A stretch of DNA of 63,823 nt, taken from a virus. The notes under the pieces are model-generated. The model was not told the DNA's origin. It ran no database searches and worked only from the letters and a program-made list of their open reading frames with translations. Shown here piece after piece: positions 41,982-50,354 of the stretch. The stretch lies in IMG/VR virus record IMGVR_UViG_3300042376_000206, one strand, 5' to 3'. Within the stretch, counting starts at the first letter, position 1. Every line of letters begins with the position of its first letter. The translations under genes and the position numbers were made by a program.

Positions 41982-44477
41982 TTATGCGGGCAAGTATTGC
42001 TCGGCCTTGGTGTTCTTGGCCACCTTGCCTTTGCCGGTTGTCTTGGCGCGTGCACGCTGCACACGATCCATCATTGCGTAGAGTTTGCGAGCGCCTGCTT
42101 CGGTCGAGCCGTTGCCAATTTCAGAGACGATCCGGGCGGGCACCACGAACTCACCATCGGCGAGGCGCGCGGGTTGCCGGTTACCAATCGTTGCCGGGAT
42201 GCTGTCAGAGACGCCGTCTCCCGGGCCGCGCAACAGGCGCCCACCATCGGAGTAGCCGCCCAGGTTGTACTGCTGGACGTTGCCACCACGAGCAGCGGCA
42301 GACGCGATGTCCATCAAACCGCCTGCTTTGCCGCCAGGAACATCCGTGTTACCGGTTCTGCCACCGCCGGTGGTTTCTGTCCAACCCTTGCGGCCTTCTT
42401 TCTGGCCAAAAGTCTCCCAGTGGTATCGGGCGTAGGCGTCGGCTGTCATGCCAGTAGCGCCCTTGAGCCATTCTTGGTACACGTCGGGGTTGGCCTTGAA
42501 GTACGACTCGGTGTTGCCAACAACAGGGTTGCCTGCCTGATCGCGGATGGGTGCGTTGGCCGTAGAGGGCGTGCGCTCAACGAACTGGGGGTTTCTCACA
42601 TACCGCTGCGTTGCAGGATCAAAAATCAAACGCTTAGCCTTGATGTTCTCAGGCGCACCGAGGACGGCCTCGGCGTACGGACGCATCAACTCACCAGTGG
42701 GCGTGAACGGCTTGACCGGGTACGCGCCACGGCCCATCAAATAATCGTAGGCTTGGCTGCTGCCGCCCTTCAAATCGCTGAAGCGGAACTCGTTGTAGGC
42801 AGCGCGGGCCTGCATTTCCGGGATGCCCTTGCCGCGAGCGAAGGCAACAACGTCGCCGTACAGCGCGTTGGGATTCTGGGTCAAGTAGCCTTTCAGTTCA
42901 GCAAAGGCTTGGTTCTGCGTGTAGGTGCGGTCAGTCGGCTTGATGTCCGTGATGACCGGCATCTTGGTAGAGCCGCCGCCTTGCTCGTAGGCGCTCTTTA
43001 CCTCACTCATCGTGGGTGCCGTGGGCTGGAACGGCGTGCCGAGCGTAACCCTGGGATCACTGATGACCGGAGCGGCGGGCAAATCTGCCGGGGTATAGGT
43101 GGTGTCTGCACCTGAAGTTACAGGTGGAGGAGGCGTGGGTCTGTTCGGCGCAGACACGCCAATGTCGCGTTTGATCTGCCGAATCTGTGCCTCAATCTCA
43201 GGCATCGACAGACCGGCCTCATATCGACCCATCCAGTAATTCAGACCTTCTGTCTCGGCCTCGCGGTTCAAAACATTGCGGTAAATATCGTTGATTTGAC
43301 TACCAATTTCATCGGTAGGCTTAGCCGCAGCGTAGTTATAACCAGCCGGAGCCGTGCCCGAGATGGTGGCGGGCGCGTTTGGGTTGGCAGCAACGGCGCT
43401 GAAGTTGTAACCTTGCGTGCTCAGAGGCAGGGGGGTGGGTTGGGCCACAGCGCGAGCAGCGTCAATCTGTTGCGCCAACATGGGGTTGGCGGCGCGGGTT
43501 TGGTTGACCACATCGTTAAAAGAACCAAGCCCCTGTCCCATCCAGTACTTGATGGCCTCTTCGTCGGGGTTGGTGACAGCCAGCGGGTTGCTCTTGTAGG
43601 CTTGCAGCACTTGCTCACGGGTAGCCAGAGGCGGTGGTGTACCGCCATCGGCAAGGGCCACGATCCCGCTTGATCCCATCAATCCACCACCCGCCGCATA
43701 TACAGGCTCTTGCGGAATATACGTACCGCCGTAGGGATCAAACGTGTAGCCGCGATACATGCCACGGTTCTGGGCAATGCTGGGCAAACCAACATTTGGC
43801 GGCGCGAGCATCTGCTCCGCTGCCGGAGCCAGGGCGTACATGGCGGGGCGAGCCAAAGATGAAAACCCACCAATCGGGCCAGGGGCGCTCTTAAGCGCCT
43901 GGAAACTTCCCGCTGCCTGCTCCATAAACGGCTTGGCGGCAAAGTCTGAGTAGGCTGTCTTTGCGGCGTTTTGAACAAACTGATTGGCAGCTTCCCCAAC
44001 TATGGGTTCTGCCATACCTTGCGCCGCAGCAGCGTTTATTTCCGCCAACCTTGTGCCAGCAGTTTTTGCAGCATCCGCTGCAGCCGCAGAGGCCCCCGCG
44101 CTTTCAGCACCGGTAAAGGCCGCACCCAAGTTAGCGCCGCCGTAAGCGCCAAGACCGGCCATGATGCCTTCTTTGAGACTTCCTTTGGCAAGACCTGCTA
44201 CGGCACCAACGGTCAAACCAGCCTGCATGGCCGACATCAAGCCTAAACCTGCAGGGCCAAGCGCAAAGCCTGCCACCATTGGCAGTATCGACTTCAACAG
44301 CCCCTTGAGGCTAAAGGCTTCGGGCAGGCCCGTTTCCGGGTTGATGGTCAGTGAACCGCCGTGCTTCAGCGCCAGAGCATGCAGCCCCGCGACTTCTTCG
44401 GGGGCCATGTGCACCAGCATGGTGTCACCGTTGCGCCCCTTGGACGCCATGTGGTCGGCTAGTACAGCAAGGCTCAT
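41982..44477 (-). CDS. internal virion protein candidate with DUF4214-like repeats (831 aa)
   Basis: GGAGG RBS. N-terminal GDTMLVHMAPEEVAGL...LTINPETGLPEAF motif followed by a hydrophobic Gly/Ala segment. Later modules include IYRNVLNREAETEGLNYWMGRYEAG and YFKANPDV...YARYHWETFGQKEGR. Confidence 0.7.
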   Translation of the reverse strand: MSLAVLADHMASKGRNGDTMLVHMAPEEVAGLHALALKHGGSLTINPETGLPEAFSLKGLLKSILPMVAGFALGPAGLGLMSAMQAGLTVGAVAGLAKGSLKEGIMAGLGAYGGANLGAAFTGAESAGASAAAADAAKTAGTRLAEINAAAAQGMAEPIVGEAANQFVQNAAKTAYSDFAAKPFMEQAAGSFQALKSAPGPIGGFSSLARPAMYALAPAAEQMLAPPNVGLPSIAQNRGMYRGYTFDPYGGTYIPQEPVYAAGGGLMGSSGIVALADGGTPPPLATREQVLQAYKSNPLAVTNPDEEAIKYWMGQGLGSFNDVVNQTRAANPMLAQQIDAARAVAQPTPLPLSTQGYNFSAVAANPNAPATISGTAPAGYNYAAAKPTDEIGSQINDIYRNVLNREAETEGLNYWMGRYEAGLSMPEIEAQIRQIKRDIGVSAPNRPTPPPPVTSGADTTYTPADLPAAPVISDPRVTLGTPFQPTAPTMSEVKSAYEQGGGSTKMPVITDIKPTDRTYTQNQAFAELKGYLTQNPNALYGDVVAFARGKGIPEMQARAAYNEFRFSDLKGGSSQAYDYLMGRGAYPVKPFTPTGELMRPYAEAVLGAPENIKAKRLIFDPATQRYVRNPQFVERTPSTANAPIRDQAGNPVVGNTESYFKANPDVYQEWLKGATGMTADAYARYHWETFGQKEGRKGWTETTGGGRTGNTDVPGGKAGGLMDIASAAARGGNVQQYNLGGYSDGGRLLRGPGDGVSDSIPATIGNRQPARLADGEFVVPARIVSEIGNGSTEAGARKLYAMMDRVQRARAKTTGKGKVAKNTKAEQYLPA

Positions 44478-44524
44478 ACGGCCTCCAAGAAAAGGGTTGA
44501 AATCATTTTAGGTCGTTTGGGTGC

Positions 44525-45907
44525 TTAGCGGCTAATCTCTTCCCAGTCCAGAGAGCCAAGCACCTGATCCCCGTTGGATGCAGCCGTGCAAGCAAGCGTC
44601 AGTTCATACGCAGTGGCGGTGAACGGATCGCGCTCCAGTTGAGAAGCGAACAACGCTTCCTTCAAAATGTCAACGCTGTTGGAACCCTGATTGGAACCCT
44701 GAAAGAAACCCGTTGCCAGAATCCGACCGGTGCCCACGGTGAACGCCGTGCCGGTGATGTTGTACTCAACTGCGGAGTTTGTGCCTGCGCTGACCCATGT
44801 CCCGCCCGTTGTGGTGCCAGATGCCACAACCTCCCACTTGTAGTTGGCGTTGTTGGTGATGCCCAGAATAGATATAGCCGTCAGGATGGCAATCGCGTCA
44901 AGGCGGGCTGTCTTCAAACGAATCGACACTACAGGGTAGAACGTCCCGGCAGTGGTCAGTGTGCGGGGACTTGTGATGGTGTTACCGGCAGACAACTGCG
45001 CACCGCGCAACTCGTAGCCGCCTTCAGAAATCACGGTCGAGCACACCTGTTTGAGCGTACTTGCGCCGGTGGTCGCCGCCACATTGGTCATCTCGTACCG
45101 CAGCGGCAAAGAAGCGGTGGTGATGTAGGTGGTATTGACCAGATTGGCGTGGTCAAAGTTGTGGCACGGGACAAATGCCCCGTTGATGATGAAGCCCGTG
45201 CGGACCGTACCAAGACCAAGCCACTCAATATCAAGGTACAGAATCTGTGCCTTAGAAGAATCCAGCGTCAGGCCAGACGGGCCGGTGCCGTCCAGTGGGT
45301 CTTGGTTCCAATCTGCCTGCGCCACACGGGTGTTGATCGGAGCGCCTGTCACGCTGCTGCGCTCGACCATGTAGTTGGTTGAGCCTTCGCGTTCAAAGTA
45401 AATGCCGTTGGCCGCACCGTAATAGCCCGCACGTTGACGCAGATTGGCCTTGGCTGTACCAAACACAAACGTGTTCATAACCAACAGGCTCTTACCCGGC
45501 TGATACGAAAAGACTTTGATGGTTTCTCGAATGATCTGGTCACCACTGGCCGAGCCAACCGTCAGGTCCATCAGACCTTCATTGGCGTTAAACGTTGCCG
45601 CTGCGGTGCCGGTTATGCTGTTGACCCACAGGTTGTTGTCCGCATAGCGATGGGATGAGTCGAACAAGGTCAGCGGGTTGCTGACCCGCAGCCGCCCAAA
45701 GGCGTCTACGTTGGTGCCACCGATGGAGATTGGGATGGGAGAAGTTGTAGCCACAATCCGCCTCAGTATTGCGTCAAGCCGGTTGAAGTACAGACGCAGG
45801 ACGTTGTTGAACTGCTCGTGATAACGCGACTCGTACGCAGTTGGCGCCAACGGCAGGTTTGGGGGTGCAGGGACGATTGCATCTTCAATTAGCAAACTCA
45901 TGGTCAA
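44525..45907 (-). CDS. virion (tail) structural protein (460 aa)
   Basis: The N-terminal ...YESRYHEQFNNVLRLYFNRLDAIL pattern is one I recall from podovirus tail proteins. 4-nt overlap with the upstream gene. Confidence 0.6.
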   Translation of the reverse strand: MTMSLLIEDAIVPAPPNLPLAPTAYESRYHEQFNNVLRLYFNRLDAILRRIVATTSPIPISIGGTNVDAFGRLRVSNPLTLFDSSHRYADNNLWVNSITGTAAATFNANEGLMDLTVGSASGDQIIRETIKVFSYQPGKSLLVMNTFVFGTAKANLRQRAGYYGAANGIYFEREGSTNYMVERSSVTGAPINTRVAQADWNQDPLDGTGPSGLTLDSSKAQILYLDIEWLGLGTVRTGFIINGAFVPCHNFDHANLVNTTYITTASLPLRYEMTNVAATTGASTLKQVCSTVISEGGYELRGAQLSAGNTITSPRTLTTAGTFYPVVSIRLKTARLDAIAILTAISILGITNNANYKWEVVASGTTTGGTWVSAGTNSAVEYNITGTAFTVGTGRILATGFFQGSNQGSNSVDILKEALFASQLERDPFTATAYELTLACTAASNGDQVLGSLDWEEISR

Positions 45908-47748
45908 CGCCGCCCATCCGGTCTGATGTCAATACGCGGAGCACCCAACTGCCAAGTCGTACCAAGCGTGTTGGAGTCGATCTTGAAGATCATCTGCCGC
46001 CCACGCACGCGGGTGTAAATCTGCCCGGTGAACTCTTCGGTGATGACGTACGTGCTGCCCTTGACGACTGCTTGCCCCGCGTTATCAACGCTGCCTGAGC
46101 CTGAGTTGTACAGCCCGTAGAGCGTCATGTTGACTGTGGGCGTGTTGGCCGTCGAGTTCTCAAACGTCAGGTCAGGCAGTATGCGCCAGACAAACCCGAA
46201 GTTGTGGCCATCGCCGATGTCGAACTCAGACGATGAGATATAGGCGTTGATGGCGGTGGGAGTTCCGGTAGCGTTGTCGTCCAGCCCCTCTTCGTGATTA
46301 ACCAGCAGCCCCGTCTGAGCCGTGGAGTTATAGGTCGCAGCCATCGGGAAGTCGCGCAGGCCGGAGTCGAGCCATGCAGTCCTGGCCATCGTGCCGTAGT
46401 ACCAGATTTTCTCGACGTAGTTGTAGACGACGTACTTGTCGATGATGGTCGAGTTTGCTGAGCAGTAGAACCACCAGACTTCATTGAAGCCTTCGTTCGT
46501 ACCAGCAAAGACCTGTGCCGCCTGCGACTGATTGAAGTCACTAAACACATACCGGCGCAAGTCACAGTTGAGCGTCTGCACCCGACCGTCGTAGGCGTAG
46601 AACTTGTCTACGCCCATCCAATACACCACGCCCGAGGCAATGACCGCTGCGTTGGGGCCTTCAATCGAAATGTTGTCGCCAAGAAGCTGCGCGCCCCAGA
46701 AGATCGGTGCGTCCAAATACTGCAACGAGTAAATGGCAGAGTCGGTGAAGACCACGATTTCTTGGCGAGCCTGCACTGCCGCAACAATTTCTGAGCCGTG
46801 AGACAGGCGCAAGCTGCCCGCTTGATTAGTTGCCGAAGGCGTCCAGTTGACGGCATCTTCTTGGTCGGACCACCGGATCAACATGGGGTCAAGCGTGGCA
46901 CTGCCGTAGTCGTTGCAGCCCATCGCAAACACGAAGCGGTTGATGTCCGAAACAAAGATGTCGTTCTGTACTGTCGGCACGTCCGACGCACCGGGCAGAC
47001 TGGAGAGCAAAACCCCTCGTGTGGTCAAACTTGTTGTCGCGTCCCAGTAATAGATACCGGCTCCGCGTGGGCCAAAAACCAAGTCTTGGCCAAAGTTGGC
47101 TTGGCTCCACAGCCGAATGGCTGTATTGGATGTGCCACCGATACCCCAGAACCCGGAACCCCACGCACCTGCACCCCATCCGGTCAAGGGGACTGCAAAG
47201 GCAGGGCCGACGTTGATTTGGTATTGAGCAGACACCGCCGAACCACCTGTGGACACCGCAGGAATAGCAGACGTTACCGTGATGGTGTAGGAGTTGATGG
47301 TGACAAAGGTGATCTGGAACTCACCATTGAGAAGCGCAGCGTAGGTGCCCGTGACCCCACTGAAGGTTACGAAGTCACCGTTCACACACCCGTGCGCGGG
47401 GGCAGTTACTGTGACCGTCGTGGTGCCGTTGCCCGTAAATGGGTCGGTGCCAAGCGTAGTCGTCGTGCGGATCGGGGTGATGTCGTTGTACGCACCGCCG
47501 TTCTCAATATAAAACTTCAGGTTGGTGCCGACACCAAGCAGGTTCAAGTTACCCAGCGTCACCCAGTTCCACAAAGAACGGCAGACGCCAAGGAAGGTGT
47601 TGGCAGAAATGCGAGTCCAGCCGCCAATGACTTCGGGGTTGCCTTGACGGAAGCGAACCTTGTCGCACTCAAACCAACCCCCCTCGGTGGTGTACCGCGT
47701 GTTCTCGCGGTTGACTCCGGGCTTGAACAGGATTTTCTGGAGTGGCAT
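45904..47748 (-). CDS. tail tubular/nozzle-like protein (614 aa)
   Basis: ORF track. N-terminus MPLQKILFKPGVNRENTRYTTEGGWFECDKVRFRQG. Size and position precede the ejection proteins. Confidence 0.6.
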   Translation of the reverse strand: MPLQKILFKPGVNRENTRYTTEGGWFECDKVRFRQGNPEVIGGWTRISANTFLGVCRSLWNWVTLGNLNLLGVGTNLKFYIENGGAYNDITPIRTTTTLGTDPFTGNGTTTVTVTAPAHGCVNGDFVTFSGVTGTYAALLNGEFQITFVTINSYTITVTSAIPAVSTGGSAVSAQYQINVGPAFAVPLTGWGAGAWGSGFWGIGGTSNTAIRLWSQANFGQDLVFGPRGAGIYYWDATTSLTTRGVLLSSLPGASDVPTVQNDIFVSDINRFVFAMGCNDYGSATLDPMLIRWSDQEDAVNWTPSATNQAGSLRLSHGSEIVAAVQARQEIVVFTDSAIYSLQYLDAPIFWGAQLLGDNISIEGPNAAVIASGVVYWMGVDKFYAYDGRVQTLNCDLRRYVFSDFNQSQAAQVFAGTNEGFNEVWWFYCSANSTIIDKYVVYNYVEKIWYYGTMARTAWLDSGLRDFPMAATYNSTAQTGLLVNHEEGLDDNATGTPTAINAYISSSEFDIGDGHNFGFVWRILPDLTFENSTANTPTVNMTLYGLYNSGSGSVDNAGQAVVKGSTYVITEEFTGQIYTRVRGRQMIFKIDSNTLGTTWQLGAPRIDIRPDGRR

Positions 47749-47763
47749 AACCGTATTCTCGTG

Positions 47764-48267
47764 TCAAGACAAGAAAAGGGCAATCTCGGCTTCACGGCGT
47801 TTTACCAGACCCGGCAGGACTTTGCCACCACCCATCGTCCACTGGCGGAAGGCGTCTGCCGCTCCGTTCCAGTCATCCCGATTGGCTCGCATCCTGATCT
47901 GACTGCGCTGAAGGTTGCCTAGCCCTGCATTAAAGGCAAAACTGACCAAAGCGTCAAAAGAGCCTTGACGGCCAGATACGCCGGGAACAAGTCGAAGAAC
48001 ACCACGTTCAAAAGTCCCGACATCATCACGGAATAGTTCGTCGATCTCCGTCTTAGTCCAGACACGGTTGTCCTCCGGCTTCAGGGGGAACTCGTTGCGG
48101 AGCATCCCGGTGTAGCCTTCCTTGCGGATGACCGGGAGCCTGATCTGCTCTTGGTATAGGACGTGGCCATAGCCAATCGTCCAGATATGGGCAGGGCAAA
48201 GGTAGGGTTTACTCCTAAAGCCCTCATACTTGTGCATGAGGTCTTCGCCCGCCTTGCTCAGTTTCAC
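47764..48267 (-). CDS. endolysin, GH24 (T4-lysozyme-like) muramidase
   Basis: 167 aa. HKYEGFRSKPYLCPAHIWTIGYGH gives the E-x8-(D/C)-x5-T catalytic pattern of GH24 lysozymes. Confidence 0.9.
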   Translation of the reverse strand: MKLSKAGEDLMHKYEGFRSKPYLCPAHIWTIGYGHVLYQEQIRLPVIRKEGYTGMLRNEFPLKPEDNRVWTKTEIDELFRDDVGTFERGVLRLVPGVSGRQGSFDALVSFAFNAGLGNLQRSQIRMRANRDDWNGAADAFRQWTMGGGKVLPGLVKRREAEIALFLS

Positions 48268-48767
48268 TTCTTACTCCACTGGCGCGACCCGAACCAGTAG
48301 CCAATGATGCCGCCAAGGATCGCCATCTCGTCGGCGGAGAAGATCAGGTCAGAGTACAGAATGATGTCGTCCATGCCCTGAATCAAATTCGGATGGTTCC
48401 ACAGATACCACGCCATGAAGGCGTTGATGGCCACCAACTCAAAGACGAAGATGTAGGTAACTGTAGGGCGAACGGTGCCGGTGTAGTTCACCACCCACCG
48501 AGAAGCCTTGTCCATGATCTTCTGGTCGTGCGCCAGAGCCGCCTCGGTCATCCGGGCGTCAGTCTCCATCGCCACCTGCTCGGTGCGAATCTCTTCCATC
48601 CGAGCCTGGGCGGCAAAGCCTGCTGCGGCCAATTGCAGTTCCCGCTCGGTCTGCACCTGGGCCAACTTCAGTTCATGGGCTTGATCTGCCTTGTTCTGGA
48701 AGTATTCAAGCAATTTGGGCAGGCCCGAGAGCAGCAGGCCCCCGAGGGTGGAAAGAAGCGACAGCAT
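48264..48767 (-). CDS. holin candidate (GTA-type 3-TM holin-like)
   Basis: 167 aa. Hydrophobic N-terminus, a coiled middle and two C-terminal TM segments. ATGA-type overlap with the endolysin gene. Confidence 0.55.
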   Translation of the reverse strand: MLSLLSTLGGLLLSGLPKLLEYFQNKADQAHELKLAQVQTERELQLAAAGFAAQARMEEIRTEQVAMETDARMTEAALAHDQKIMDKASRWVVNYTGTVRPTVTYIFVFELVAINAFMAWYLWNHPNLIQGMDDIILYSDLIFSADEMAILGGIIGYWFGSRQWSKK

Positions 48768-48768
48768 C

Positions 48769-49245
48769 TCAGGCTCCTAGAGCAAAGAAGAACAGAAGCA
48801 CCCCGACCGCCCCCACGCCGATGGAGGCATAGAACAGACTCAGGGTGACGGCCAGGATGGCGGCAGAGGACAGGACGATGGCCAGTTGCAGCGCCATGCC
48901 GGAGTAGGAATAGTAGGAAGACTTGGCCTTGGCGGCGTCGCGCTTGGCTTCAGCAGCACGGGCCTTTTCCATAATCTCGTCCATGTCGGCGCGTTGCTTG
49001 GTGGCCTTCTGCTCGTTGTTGGTGACCTCGTATATGGTCGCCCGGACGTTCTTGGCCTGATACCACGCCCACAGGTTGTTGGACTCTATGGTTCCATTGA
49101 GAACCGCAGAGGAGTTCCTTCCGGCAAAGTAATTTGTAACAGCAAGGAGTAGAGCAAGCAGGCTAATAGAAACCGCAGCAAGAGCCTTGACATGGGCCTC
49201 CCTCTCTGAACGGCTTGCGCCTTCCGGCGGCTTCCTGAAACTCAT
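48769..49245 (-). CDS. DUF4337-like membrane protein
   Basis: 158 aa. TM helix, then NNLWAWYQAKNVRATIYE plus a Lys/Ala coiled segment, then C-terminal TM helices. This layout is recalled from DUF4337. Confidence 0.5.
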   Translation of the reverse strand: MSFRKPPEGASRSEREAHVKALAAVSISLLALLLAVTNYFAGRNSSAVLNGTIESNNLWAWYQAKNVRATIYEVTNNEQKATKQRADMDEIMEKARAAEAKRDAAKAKSSYYSYSGMALQLAIVLSSAAILAVTLSLFYASIGVGAVGVLLFFFALGA

Positions 49246-49736
49246 TGCTGTACCTTGTCGAGTAAGTAGTAACCCACCCCAATCAGGGCGGTTGCCACGA
49301 AGGCAATACCTGCCCCGTACTTCACATTGAGCATGAACTCCTGCTGCCGTAGGCGGTGCTCACGCTCCTTCTTCTCGCGCTCCTTCTTCAACCGGATGCG
49401 CTCCATAATCATCTCGTTGTAGACGCTCTCACCGTAGTGAGCGACGATCAGAATCTTGAGTTCGTACTCTTGCTTGATCAGCGCCTGCTTGTGCATCGTG
49501 ATCTGCAAGGCTTCATTCTCAATGCTGTCGTCGTGCAACAGCCGCTTGAAGACCGAGGGCTTCTTGTTGGCTTTCTCGTTGGCTAGGCGATTGAAGTCCC
49601 CGAAAGCCCCGTACCATTTGCCGATCTGACCGGCAACGTCCTGAATCTCGCGGCCCGTGGCGACGAGTTTCTTAACGGCTCCGAACGCAGCATTCGCTGC
49701 TGAGACTGCCGCGAGAATGCCGGTGATCGGTTCCAT
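49242..49736 (-). CDS. membrane-anchored coiled-coil protein (164 aa)
   Basis: ORF track. Central KKEREKKEREHRLRQQE segment and a C-terminal TM helix GIAFVATALIGVGYYLL. Confidence 0.7.
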   Translation of the reverse strand: MEPITGILAAVSAANAAFGAVKKLVATGREIQDVAGQIGKWYGAFGDFNRLANEKANKKPSVFKRLLHDDSIENEALQITMHKQALIKQEYELKILIVAHYGESVYNEMIMERIRLKKEREKKEREHRLRQQEFMLNVKYGAGIAFVATALIGVGYYLLDKVQQ

Positions 49737-49934
49737 CTACAGCCCGAAGAACTTCTTGACCACCTCTGCCATTGCGCCAGGGCCAAGCAGAACAGCGCCC
49801 AGAGTGATGTACAGCCAGACCTCGATGTTTCGCATCCGCTTGCTGCCATCTTCAAGGCGCTTTTCAATCGCCTCGTACCTCTGGGCGCAGACGGCCTCAT
49901 GCACCGCCACGCGCACTTCGACCGACTCTTCCAT
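49737..49934 (-). CDS. small membrane protein (65 aa)
   Basis: The ATG at 49934 overlaps the upstream TGA (ATGA); the ORF track uses a GTG at 49937. C-terminal TM helix VWLYITLGAVLLGPG. Confidence 0.65.
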   Translation of the reverse strand: MEESVEVRVAVHEAVCAQRYEAIEKRLEDGSKRMRNIEVWLYITLGAVLLGPGAMAEVVKKFFGL

Positions 49935-50113
49935 CACTGCACCTGGGTATCGCCTTGGGCGACTTCGGGCATGGGCACCTGCGGCGTAGCCTGCGACTGG
50001 ATTTCAGCCACCAGAGGGAACACTTCGGCGTAAGGCCGGGTGCCCAGATATTGCAGGATGGCGTTGACCAGGGGCAGCGTGAGGGTGATGGGCGTGTCGT
50101 TGGTGGGTTGCAT
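49934..50113 (-). CDS. hypothetical protein (59 aa, below ORF-track cutoff)
   Basis: Hand translation: MQPTNDTPITLTLPLVNAILQYLGTRPYAEVFPLVAEIQSQATPQVPMPEVAQGDTQVQ. AAGGAG lies 5 nt upstream. Confidence 0.5.
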   Translation of the reverse strand: MQPTNDTPITLTLPLVNAILQYLGTRPYAEVFPLVAEIQSQATPQVPMPEVAQGDTQVQ

Positions 50114-50122
50114 GTGTACTCC

Positions 50123-50353
50123 TTATTCGTTGGCAGCGATGGCGGCGTTCAGCGGAGCAAGGTCTTGGTCTTGCATCCACTCCTTGGCCACCATGATTTT
50201 CAGGTGATCGACGTTGCGCTGCTTGCAATCGGCCCAGTCGGCATCGTCCATGCCTTCGGGCTTACCGGCGTTCAGCAGGTTCACGCTGTCCATCGCGGCT
50301 GCGTAGTGGCGAGCGATTTGCTCGGGGGTCAGGGTGTCGATGATTTCAGACAT
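50123..50353 (-). CDS. hypothetical acidic protein (76 aa)
   Basis: ORF track. Starts 1 nt after the tail-fiber stop. Confidence 0.7.
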   Translation of the reverse strand: MSEIIDTLTPEQIARHYAAAMDSVNLLNAGKPEGMDDADWADCKQRNVDHLKIMVAKEWMQDQDLAPLNAAIAANE

Positions 50354-50354
50354 T

